From positions 274,483 through 294,482 of the forward strand of contig BLSG01000216.1 in assembly GCA_012862495.1 (NCBI GenBank): a stretch of 20,000 nt of DNA, read 5' to 3'. Source of the DNA: Thraustochytrium aureum (Eukaryota). Shown piece after piece: positions 9,634-19,951 of this stretch. The position numbers and the translations under genes were made by a program. Each line of letters starts with the position of its first letter. The stretch's first letter is position 1. Under the pieces are notes generated by a model that ran no database searches, had not been told where the DNA came from, and worked only from the letters and a program-made list of their open reading frames with translations.

Positions 9634-11435
9634 ATGGAGACTGGCCTGAGCTCGAGCGAGGGCGGCGAGCAGGTCGCGAAAGCTAAACCGCCGATTGATC
9701 TGCAAGCAAGCCTAAGGCCTGCGCGCGGCGGCAACGGAAGCTACGGCGAAGGGGTGCACAATCGCAACCTGTTCAGCGGGGCCGACCTGGACCGCGAGGA
9801 CGAGCGAACGTCGCTCATCGAGCACGAGGCAGGGCTGTTGCAAGACAAACCAAGATTTTCGAGCCCCCAAGGGCAACTCGTTGCCGAAAAGGTCGCGACA
9901 AGTGCGCCCGGCGTCGTGGATAGCACGAGGTGGGACGCCATCGAAGGCGTCGACATTAAAGACCTGGAAACACCCACGGACGAGGAGCCAGAGCACGTAC
10001 TGGTGTCTTCTTCCGCCTCTGCATGATTTGCGCCGCTCAAATTGGCATGTCGGCAATCTCGGTCACATACCTGTCGATCCTGATGCCCCAGCAGGTCGTC
10101 AAGCTCGTTGGAGACGAAAGAAAGGGCAGCGTTCTTGGCGCTCTCTCCGCGGGAGGGGGCGTCCTGGCAATTTGTGCGCCTCCCCTCATTGGGTTCCTCT
10201 CAGACAGGCATCGAGGGAAGTGGGGCCGCCGCAAGCCGTACATGGTCGCTGGCATGGCAGTCACCATTCTCGGGCTCGCTCTCGGGGGGGCGCTTGCAGC
10301 AGACCCCACAGTCGGCAAGTTGGTCGGGGTTTACTTGGCGGTGACTGCTGGCATGCTCCTGCACTGCACGGCCTTCAACGCGACCATCCCCGAGTTCCCC
10401 AAGCGCCAGTTCGGCACGGTTAGCGGCGTCGTTGGGGCACTCACGGTAGTTGGGTTTGGCGTCGGTGCGGGCCTCGGCGCAGCCACCGCCTCGCTGGGGG
10501 CCGCTCCCTGTTACTACATTCTGGCGGGGCTAGTGTTTGTGACTGGTTCAATCACTCTCTGCGCCTACCGCGAGGCAAAAGTGGACGAGTACACCAATCT
10601 CGCGCTTGATAGCGACTCGGAGGCCTCCGAGGAGGCCCTGCCAGCCAAAGAACCTGGCCCCGCGTTTGCCACCAAAGCGCACGATGACGTGCGTCAAGAC
10701 GATGGCCCTGAGACGGTCTCGCTTGACGGGCTCGACGACGAGTTGGGCGCCACCAAGTCCGGCAAGCACTCCACGCACTTTTTTAGTGACGCCATCCTGG
10801 GCATGTGGACGCCATTCGCCGACCACGACTTTCGCTGGGTATTTGTGACACGCATGTTGGTGCAGTTTGGCGTGTTTACCGTCCAAGAGTTCGTCCTCTA
10901 CTGGGTAGAAGCAGTGCTGCCTGTCGAGGGCCTGAGCGCGGCAACGGGCGCAGCCATTCTCTTCATCCCCGTTTTTGCGGGGGCCTTTGTGGCGTCGCTG
11001 GCGATCGGCAAAATCTCCGACGACCTTGGTGGCAAGCGCAAGAGCTTCTTGATCTCTTCCAGCTTCGTTTTGGCAGCCGTTTGCTTCGTCACGGGGTTTG
11101 TGCGCAACTATTACGTCGCGCTGGCGCTAATGCTGATATTCGGCTGCTCCATGGGCTCGTTCATGGCTCTCGACTATGCGCTCATTTGCGACATCCTGCC
11201 GGACCACCGCAACGTGGCTCGCGACTTGGGCGTTTGGCACGTCAGCATTGTGCTTCCGCAGCTCGTTGCGGCCCCCATCGCGGGCGCCATGCTGGACGGT
11301 CTGCAACGCCTCGGCAAAGAGAATGGCATGCCGTTTCTGGGCTACACGATGATATTTGTGCTGTCAGCGCTCTACTTTTGCACTGCGGGCGGCTGCTTTT
11401 TCCTTCTCAAAAAATGTAAAATAGACGCATTCTGA
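9634..11435 (+). CDS. Major facilitator superfamily transporter (12-TM type, resembling sugar-glycoside/SLC45-type carriers) with acidic N-terminal tail joined across a -1 discontinuity near 10000
   Basis: ORF 10023-11435 has two hydrophobic halves separated by an acidic loop, motif-A-like GFLSDRHRGKWGRRKPY and GKISDDLGGKRK, and ARDLGVWHVSIVLPQ. The upstream ORF 9634-10026 has a ggcgccATGg start and a dileucine signal. TM1 (GVFFRLCMICAAQIG) begins upstream of ATG 10023. The 9634 start is inferred and the substrate is unknown. Confidence 0.88.
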
Positions 11436-11650
11436 AGTCGATGGTGGTCTACACTACATTGTGTTGTTGCCTGCCTCTGCCATGAACAGTGCGCGGCTTT
11501 TGAAAGGAGCGAGAAGCGCAAGCTTTTCGCAGCGTTCCAAGCCAGGGCCAAGGGCGGCCAAACGTGCCTTCTCCTTCCATGAACAACATCGCAGAGACAC
11601 AGAGGGCCCAGCCCGACCACAGCAGCGTCGACCAACCTCGCTTCGCAGCG

Positions 11651-12343
11651 TCAGCGATATAAAATGTCGTAGTGCGAAGGCCTGTACAAGAGTGCAATAG
11701 TCGCGCCAGCCCCGCCACTTGAAGGCCCAAAGTCGTGGGTCACGGAAGCGTCGCCCTGGCTCGAGTCCAGGTACTCTACACTGACTCGGACGCCAAGATA
11801 CTCGCACAGTGCGATGATCTGCAGCTGCTCGCTCTCCTTGCCCATGGGCTCGACCTCCTTTGCGCAAAACTCCTCGACAGTGCTGTACGTCCCTGCGAGA
11901 AATGGCAAGAACCGCTCTGCGTTGTGTTTGAGGTATCCGGCGCAAACCAGGCGCGAGAACCACACCAAGTAGTCGGACTCGCCCTCGTCCCCGAAAAGCG
12001 CTTCAAGATCAGCCAAGGACTTGGCGCCCAGCTCCGCGAGCGTCTCCTCCGCGTACTCTGTGAACGTCTCAATAGAGACCGCCTCGTATCCCACCTGCTC
12101 CAAGTACGCCAGCGCGCCTTTGACGACCCCCAGCAGGCGTTCGCGCTCCGCCTCGTCCTCGAGCAGTATCTCCAGCAGCCTGAACGTAAACCCGCGAAAG
12201 AAGCAGTTGCCATCGCCGCGCACCCTCCTCAGCCCACTGTACTTGTCCGCCATCGCCGCCACCTTGCATGCAAACGCTGGCGTGGCGGCCAGCTCGACCT
12301 GCAGCGACTCGAGGCCAGCAAGCCGCGGCCCGACAAGCGGCCT
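11651..12343 (-). CDS. OTUB1: Otubain-family (OTU, peptidase C65) deubiquitinase; 5' end lost in N-gap
   Basis: Catalytic Cys box RRVRGDGNCFFRGF, EFCAKEVEPMGKESEQLQIIAL, VEYLD and His box LLYRPSHYDILYR, all matching otubain motifs. Stop TGA at 11651-11653. Confidence 0.93.
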   Translation of the reverse strand, partial: RPLVGPRLAGLESLQVELAATPAFACKVAAMADKYSGLRRVRGDGNCFFRGFTFRLLEILLEDEAERERLLGVVKGALAYLEQVGYEAVSIETFTEYAEETLAELGAKSLADLEALFGDEGESDYLVWFSRLVCAGYLKHNAERFLPFLAGTYSTVEEFCAKEVEPMGKESEQLQIIALCEYLGVRVSVEYLDSSQGDASVTHDFGPSSGGAGATIALLYRPSHYDILYR

Positions 12344-13056
12344 NNNNNNNNNNNNNNNNNNNNNNNNNNNNNNNNNNNNNNNNNNNNNNNNNNNNNNNNN
12401 NNNNNNNNNNNNNNNNNNNNNNNNNNNNNNNNNNNNNNNNNNNNNNNNNNNNNNNNNNNNNNNNNNNNNNNNNNNNNNNNNNNNNNNNNNNNNNNNNNNN
12501 NNNNNNNNNNNNNNNNNNNNNNNNNNNNNNNNNNNNNNNNNNNNNNNNNNNNNNNNNNNNNNNNNNNNNNNNNNNNNNNNNNNNNNNNNNNNNNNNNNNN
12601 NNNNNNNNNNNNNNNNNNNNNNNNNNNNNNNNNNNNNNNNNNNNNNNNNNNNNNNNNNNNNNNNNNNNNNNNNNNNNNNNNNNNNNNNNNNNNNNNNNNN
12701 NNNNNNNNNNNNNNNNNNNNNNNNNNNNNNNNNNNNNNNNNNNNNNNNNNNNNNNNNNNNNNNNNNNNNNNNNNNNNNNNNNNNNNNNNNNNNNNNNNNN
12801 NNNNNNNNNNNNNNNNNNNNNNNNNNNNNNNNNNNNNNNNNNNNNNNNNNNNNNNNNNNNNNNNNNNNNNNNNNNNNNNNNNNNNNNNNNNNNNNNNNNN
12901 NNNNNNNNNNNNNNNNNNNNNNNNNNNNNNNNNNNNNNNNNNNNNNNNNNNNNNNNNNNNNNNNNNNNNNNNNNNNNNNNNNNNNNNNNNNNNNNNNNNN
13001 NNNNNNNNNNNNNNNNNNNNNNNNNNNNNNNNNNNNNNNNNNNNNNNNNNNNNNNN
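12344..13056. other. N-gap (713 nt) covering the otubain 5' end
   Basis: Run of N. Confidence 1.
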
Positions 13057-13311
13057 TAGCCGCACGCGATGCGTGAGGCAGGATTGAGATCAAGATCCAG
13101 CGAGACTGCGCTTGGCCAAGCAAATACTTAGCTACTCACTACAAACATGCCATCGGCAGGTCGGCGGGCCTGCAGCTTGGATGTGCGGTGTCGAGGCGGA
13201 GCGTGGGCGCGCAGCCGCGAGGAGCTCGATCGCGACGTGTTCCCTCCGGTTGCGCTACGGTTGGAACTCGGGCCGCCTCCGAAATAACGCGGGAACCGCA
13301 GCCCAAACAAG

Positions 13312-13986
13312 TTACAGCCGGGAATTCCCATTCGAGCCTTGACGAGCAGCCGCAAGAGCCTCGCAGCGGCACTTGAGTGCCGCGTGCTGCGCCTCAAAAC
13401 CCGCAAGACTGGCTGTCGCAATTGGGCCCCGCACGAACGGCGACAGCGGGCCGCCGATCACGTCGTAGGAGTGGTACTCGGTCGTCCCCCCAGGCCCGGG
13501 CACGAGCCACTGCGAGCGCCACGACGGCGTGTCACGGCGCATCAGCCCGTAGCAAATCATGTGGCGCGCCTCGTCCACGTAGAACACATATTCGAGCGAC
13601 CTCATCAGGTACCCCGGAAACTTGACGAACAGCTCCAGCGCAACCTTGCCCTGTCCGTCCTCAACGACGTTGGCGCGCAGGTGGAACGGATTCCACTCGG
13701 GGTACTTGTCGAAGTCTGTGATGACAGCCCAGATGAGCTCTGGCGGAGCCGCGATCGTCACAGGCTTCGGCTTCAACAAGACATCGGAGGCAAATTTCGC
13801 GGGCCACCACACGAGCTGCGGCGGGACCTGTATGTCAAAGCTGTTCTCGACCGCGCACGTGCTTCCCGCCGAGCACACCACCTCCCACCCCAATTGCAGT
13901 CCTCGCTCTTGCCCGGGAGCGAGCCACTCCTCGAGCGACTCCCCTTCATGTCGCACCTTGCGTCGGGTGGACGCCTCGCCGCCCAT
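13312..13986 (-). CDS. SRPBCC (START/Bet v1/polyketide-cyclase-like) domain protein
   Basis: Signature VTIAAPPELIWAVITDFDKYPEWNPF and C-terminal helix GFEAQHAALKCRCEALA; 224-aa ORF from ATG 13986. Confidence 0.85.
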   Translation of the reverse strand: MGGEASTRRKVRHEGESLEEWLAPGQERGLQLGWEVVCSAGSTCAVENSFDIQVPPQLVWWPAKFASDVLLKPKPVTIAAPPELIWAVITDFDKYPEWNPFHLRANVVEDGQGKVALELFVKFPGYLMRSLEYVFYVDEARHMICYGLMRRDTPSWRSQWLVPGPGGTTEYHSYDVIGGPLSPFVRGPIATASLAGFEAQHAALKCRCEALAAARQGSNGNSRL

Positions 13987-14307
13987 TCCCTCGCGCGTGG
14001 TCCCCGCCGGTGCACAGATTCCCCGGCCAGCCCCGCTCTCTCCGCGCCAGTCCGCGCCAGCCCAGCCCAGCCCCGCTTCCCGGCCAGCCTCGCCCCGTGC
14101 TGCGCTTCTTTCGCGGCGAGTTGTGCACCTGCGTCGCCACGACGCCGACCTCGATGTCGACCCACGGACGCCCTTGTCAGGGTCGGCTCACGCAGGCCGC
14201 GCTGTGCCAAGCCGCGCAGGGACGCGAGCCGCTGGCCAGGTCCTCAGGCGCGCGCACGTCAGCTCGCGCCGCGCAGCCTCCATCGAGCGAGGTCTGGTCG
14301 CGATGAC

Positions 14308-15273
14308 NNNNNNNNNNNNNNNNNNNNNNNNNNNNNNNNNNNNNNNNNNNNNNNNNNNNNNNNNNNNNNNNNNNNNNNNNNNNNNNNNNNNNNNNNNNNN
14401 NNNNNNNNNNNNNNNNNNNNNNNNNNNNNNNNNNNNNNNNNNNNNNNNNNNNNNNNNNNNNNNNNNNNNNNNNNNNNNNNNNNNNNNNNNNNNNNNNNNN
14501 NNNNNNNNNNNNNNNNNNNNNNNNNNNNNNNNNNNNNNNNNNNNNNNNNNNNNNNNNNNNNNNNNNNNNNNNNNNNNNNNNNNNNNNNNNNNNNNNNNNN
14601 NNNNNNNNNNNNNNNNNNNNNNNNNNNNNNNNNNNNNNNNNNNNNNNNNNNNNNNNNNNNNNNNNNNNNNNNNNNNNNNNNNNNNNNNNNNNNNNNNNNN
14701 NNNNNNNNNNNNNNNNNNNNNNNNNNNNNNNNNNNNNNNNNNNNNNNNNNNNNNNNNNNNNNNNNNNNNNNNNNNNNNNNNNNNNNNNNNNNNNNNNNNN
14801 NNNNNNNNNNNNNNNNNNNNNNNNNNNNNNNNNNNNNNNNNNNNNNNNNNNNNNNNNNNNNNNNNNNNNNNNNNNNNNNNNNNNNNNNNNNNNNNNNNNN
14901 NNNNNNNNNNNNNNNNNNNNNNNNNNNNNNNNNNNNNNNNNNNNNNNNNNNNNNNNNNNNNNNNNNNNNNNNNNNNNNNNNNNNNNNNNNNNNNNNNNNN
15001 NNNNNNNNNNNNNNNNNNNNNNNNNNNNNNNNNNNNNNNNNNNNNNNNNNNNNNNNNNNNNNNNNNNNNNNNNNNNNNNNNNNNNNNNNNNNNNNNNNNN
15101 NNNNNNNNNNNNNNNNNNNNNNNNNNNNNNNNNNNNNNNNNNNNNNNNNNNNNNNNNNNNNNNNNNNNNNNNNNNNNNNNNNNNNNNNNNNNNNNNNNNN
15201 NNNNNNNNNNNNNNNNNNNNNNNNNNNNNNNNNNNNNNNNNNNNNNNNNNNNNNNNNNNNNNNNNNNNNNNNN
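14308..15273. other. N-gap (966 nt); could hide a small gene
   Basis: Run of N. Confidence 1.
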
Positions 15274-15284
15274 CTAGAGCTAGC

Positions 15285-18200
15285 TCAGTCTTGCTGAGCA
15301 GCTTGGTCAATCACGCCACCATCCGTGGAGTGCGCGCGTTCTACTGCACTTGCGACAGCAGACGCGGTCTCTTGGACTTGCTCCGCGGCTGCTGTCACCT
15401 CTCGTTCGCCAGGCTGCGCGACCTGGCCGGCGAGCTCGGCGGTCTCGGCTCGCTTCGAGTTGAAGCGGGCACAAGCGAGCATGATCGACTTCGTGAAGAG
15501 CCGCGAATCGCCTTGAAAGCGATACGTTTGAGCAAGCTGGCCGCCCTCCTTGTTGTAAAAGAGACTGATCTGCGCCGGGTCGTTGTTCGGATACCGCATG
15601 CGGGCAACATCCTTGAGCGTCCGGTTGCTCTTGACAACACCATAGCCGGGCCTTTGCGGGTGGGGGTCCAGCACGAGGAAGCGCTCGGGGGTAACGACCA
15701 AGACGCGCTTGGCGAAGAACGGCTTGGCCAGCTTCTTCTCCATCTTTTCCTTGTACGCCTCGAAACTCCGCGTGGCACGACCGAGCTCCGCTACTGCAGC
15801 CAGGTCGCCCTTGTTCAAGGAGGCGATCATCTTCAAGACTGCGGGGTCTTCCTCGTACGCCATATCGGCGGCGAGGTCTTCGCCCGACGTGGCCTTGTGC
15901 TCCGCGGCGCTCAGCTCTGTTGCCACAGTCGCGAGCTTTTGCTGCGCCGTCGCATAGGCCTGGGCTGCGGAGGAGCGCAGCTTGCTGCTTAGGCCGGTCG
16001 TGTCCGGCACTTTGATGGCTTTCAGACGACTGGACCACCCGCTCGCCCAGGAAGACGACGCGCCGCTGGACGCTGCCGCACTTTCGGAAGCCTGCGGCGC
16101 AGCCTCTGCATCTCCCTGCGCGCCCGTGGGCGCAGGTGTGGACTCTGCAGGAGCCGCAGCTTTGCGCCACACTGAGGAAAAGAAACGGTTCGAAGATGCC
16201 GCCGCGCCGGGCGTAGTGGCGCTTGATTCGCCGTCGTCCGACGCGCCTCTCGGTGCTGGCTGCTCCGATGCTGGAACTTGCGAAGTGGGTTGCGATCCTT
16301 CGACAGGCTTTTTCCACACATTCGACAACAAGCTCGAAATGGCTGCCAAGTTGGCAGACGAAGCCACCGCCGAGCCAGCAGCGCCGCCTTGGTCACCGCC
16401 AGGGGCGCCAGAGTACGAGACTGCGGTGCTCGATCGAGCTCGCTTGGCGTTCGCTCGCGCCTTGGTGGCCAAAAAGCTTGCTGCAGCTCCCGGGCTGCTG
16501 TGCCGGTACCGCAAGAACGCGTCGTACGTGTTGAGCACGGTCCGCGAAGGCGGCATGTTGATGAGGCAGTCGTCAAGTTGGTAGCCCATCTCGCGCACGG
16601 CAGTGAAGCAAGCCAAAAATCCCCCTTCCACAACACCGACGAACGGGAACCCGAGGCGCAGAAAGTACAGCGCGCAGGTGTCGACCGCACGCTGGTCCCG
16701 CTCTCGCAGCTCGCGCGCACGGGCAGGGTTAAAGTCGGCCAGCAGGACATCGCTGCCGCTTCCAAGGATGCAGATCTGCATATCGCCGCGCATCGGCTCG
16801 AACGTGGCGCGTAGCTGCTCGCGCAGAGTCGGGTCGCCAAGCGTGCCGGGGTCGAGCTCAAAGCTCGTCGGAAATCTGCCCGTCCCGTGCGCGGTGCGCG
16901 GGGAGCGACAGTCCACGAGGAAAACCTTCTTGCACCCTTTGTAAGGCTCGTGCAGCGCTCGCGCAACCGCCGCGGCGGTGCTGCCTTGCGGCTGGTCGGC
17001 CGGAGGCAAAGCCGGCGACTCAGCTTCCTTGAAGCAGACCTGCCGGACCACGTCATGCGGGTCGACGGTGCCGCAGAACTGGCTCAGAGGCAGGAAGAAC
17101 GGATCGCCCTCGACGTGGTCCATGTATTTCGTGGCGAGCTCCTCGAGGAGGACGCTCTCGCGGTGTGAGTAGATGGATAAGATGCGGCCCACCTCCCTCT
17201 CCTTGCCCCGGTTATACTTTGCGTAGTAAGCCTCGACACGGCCGCCAAGCCCAGGGCAAAGGGAGGTCGAGGACAGGGGCGCCACGTCGGGCTCCTCCTC
17301 CGCCTCGCGCGCGCCTTCTCGCACTGTGCCAATCACCATGTAGAACGGACGCTCCTGCAACGCGAGCAGGGCCTCGGCGTCGCTTGTCGACAAGCCGAGC
17401 ACCAGCAATCCATTGAGCGTCATTACGAGGTCGCCCGGGTGCAGCAGGCCAGTGCGTTCCGCTGGCGAGTCGGGCTCGACAGCGGTGACCTCCAGGCCGT
17501 ACTTGCCTTTCACGAGGGTGATCCCCAGCGCGGAGCCGGCGTCCCCACCGAGCTCGACCAGGCGCCGGGTGAGCCGCACCTTGCTCCAGTCCACAGCCTG
17601 GTGCCCTGCTGCCGCTTTGCTGATTGCGGTTTTCAGGTTCTGAGCCTTGCGTCGAAGTGTGGAGGAGAGCCAACCAGCGCGCGTCTGTTGCTGCTGCTGC
17701 TTTGCCGAGTGCGGTTGTTGTGCGGTGCTTTCCGCACCACTGCCCTCGGCCGAAGATTGGTCTGCCGATGGGGCCACAAACTCGACGCTCTCTTCGTCTT
17801 CAGCATCGAAGTGCTCGTCCTGCGGATTCGATCCAGCGACATCAGCACCCCTCAGCGCGTCGGCGGCCGCCTCAGCTCGCGCCTCAGCGGCGGCGCAGTT
17901 CTCGGCAAATTCTGCACGCTTGCTGGCGACCTGGTCCGCGTCGAAACGCTCGAGTTGTTGCGGAGTCGGGACACGCAAAAGCAGCTCCTCTTCCGCGGCC
18001 CATTGCGCGAGCCCGGGCGGCGTCCGCTCTGCTAGGGCCTCGGCTAGAGCACCAATCTCCGGCCAGGTGCGCGACTCGGTGCTGCAGCGGAGCTGCAAAG
18101 CATCCGGAGCCCCGCGCACAGCGTCGGCCAACTGTTCGGCATCAGAGACGTCGAGAAGCGACTCGCGACTCGCGATAAGGATGGCGGCAGCGGTGTACAG

Positions 18201-19951
18201 GGCCATCGCCTGCGGGCGACGGCCTGACAAGACCACGGCGTCCCATAGCGCCACGATTCCGCTCGCGCCAATCTTGCTTTGCGTCTCGTTTGACGGCAGG
18301 GGCGCAAGGAGCCCAAACAAGGGCTCGCTGAGCCAGTTTGCTCTTGCGGAGGTGTCGAGAACGCGATCCACGACCCTTCGAGGCGCCGCGCGCTCATCTG
18401 GGGATCCAGGGTCTTCAGCGGCTGCCCAGGCGGGACAGCGCGACTCGAGGTGGAAGGCGAGCACGGGGTCGTGAAAGCTAACGAGTTTGCCAAGGAGCAG
18501 GTGCCGCCGATAGGCCATTAGTGGCACCGTTGCTCGCGCCCAGGCAGCTCCGCCGACCCCCTCCAGGCCTTCCCCGGCGCTCTTGCTCAGCCCGGTCGAC
18601 TCAAAGTCGCCGCGCCGTCCGCCCCACCTTACACACAGCCCTTCGAGGAGCTTGGCCGCGCGTTCAAGCTCGTTCGGGACAGCTGCGCCGTCGCCATTCG
18701 CCCGCACCCATGCGACCGTGACCGCGAGGTTGGAAAGGAGCACGTTGTAGGCCTTGCTCTGGTGCCGAAGGACAAGTCGGCACACCAACCCTGCAAGAGC
18801 GTCCACTAGCGCACCATCCTCTGCGGGACAAGGCCCGGCAGCCAGCGCCGCCCAGGCTGCGGCGCAGTCCCGGCGGATGCCTTTGCGGACCGACGGGAAA
18901 ATCTCATCAAGTCGATCGTCCGCGATGCCAAACCAGTCCGGGGCAACGGGCCTCTCGCGCGAACCCTGCAGAATCGAATTCCACACATCCGTTCGGAGCT
19001 CAGCGGGAAGAACGGCGCCTGGGATGCCGTTGATCGCCACCGCCGAGCGCAGTGCAGCGGGCTCGAACTGGCCGATTTCGAACAGCGTTTCCAGCCGCAA
19101 GGCAACTTTGCTAGAGCCCTGCTCCAATGTGGACCCTGAACCGAGCGCCTTGCGTTCCCGGAGCACGGCGAGCGCCGGAGGTTCAAAGTGAGCCGAGCGT
19201 AGTGCAGCTGCCTCGCCCGGCTCCAGGGGCAGGGGCGAGGGGCGGGGAGGACGTCCAGCGGAGGGCCCTCATCAGCAGCATCCGAACCGCGAGCACGCGG
19301 CGTAGCAGTGGAAGAGGCCTCGGCTGCTGTTTCACGATCCGAGTCAGGATCTGCGGACACCACCGTGGCGCCTTTGTGATCGATGTAAAAGTCGCCACCG
19401 TCGTCGTCCTCCTCGTCGTCAAAGTCCTGCACAGCAGATGGCCGAAAGCTGTCAAAGGCAAGAACCGAGGCCGTACCAGACCCTGGCGCGCTGGGCTGCG
19501 CTGCAGAGGAGACGCTTGCGGAGGTGGACATCGAGGAGGTCTCAGACCCAGACTTGTCCGAGTCTTCCAGCCAGCTGAGGAACTCGTCCTTGTCGAGGTT
19601 TCCAAGGCTCAGCTCGGAGGTGTCCTCAGCGCCCTCAACAGGCTTCGCGGACACAACCGAGCTCTCCTGCGAGAGTCCATTTATAAAATCGTCCATGTCC
19701 TCGAGGCTGTGCGCCCCTTCTGTGCGCCCCGTGGGCGGCGTCGCGGGTACGCTGTCGCCGACGTCTCCGAACAGGTTGTCCAGCTCGCTGTCTTGCCGAT
19801 GGCTCCGCGGCTCGCCCACGGAGAGTCCGAAGAGGTCGTCCATGTCGCTCGAGTTGCTCTTCACGCTTCCTTTCCGGTCCGCGCCGGCATTCCCTCCAAG
19901 CGCCGTCCCCGCTGGGCCTCCAAAGATCTCGTCCATCTGGTCGTCGCCCAT
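15285..19951 (-). CDS. TBC1D23: TBC1D23-like protein: acidic N-terminal tail, degenerate TBC domain, inserted PDZ, rhodanese-like domain, C-terminal PH-like domain; -1 frame discontinuity near 19230-19268
   Basis: TBC motifs LPAELRTDVW, IRRDC, LVSFHDPVLAFHL, IVALWD (~18020-19030). PDZ LGITLVKGKYGLEVTAVEPDSPAERTGLLHPGDLVMTLNG (~17320-17570). Rhodanese-like FLVDCR...ICILGSG...FLRLGFPFVGVVEGGF (~16605-16930). PH-like KRVLVVTPERFLVL...GYGVVKSNRTLKDVARM (~15460-15790). This order matches TBC1D23 apart from the PDZ. The ATG 19951 ORF (gaagcgATGg) supplies the N-terminus. Confidence 0.85.

Noticed and set aside
10023..10026. ATGA stop/start overlap suggesting bacterial-style translational coupling
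   Set aside because: The locus is eukaryotic and TM1 starts upstream of this ATG, so a single gene with a frame break fits better.
11735..15310. Very long ORFs crossing N-gaps (e.g. 13339-15297, 11735-13087, and the 13123 start given for otubain)
   Set aside because: Artefacts of N runs that contain no stop codons.
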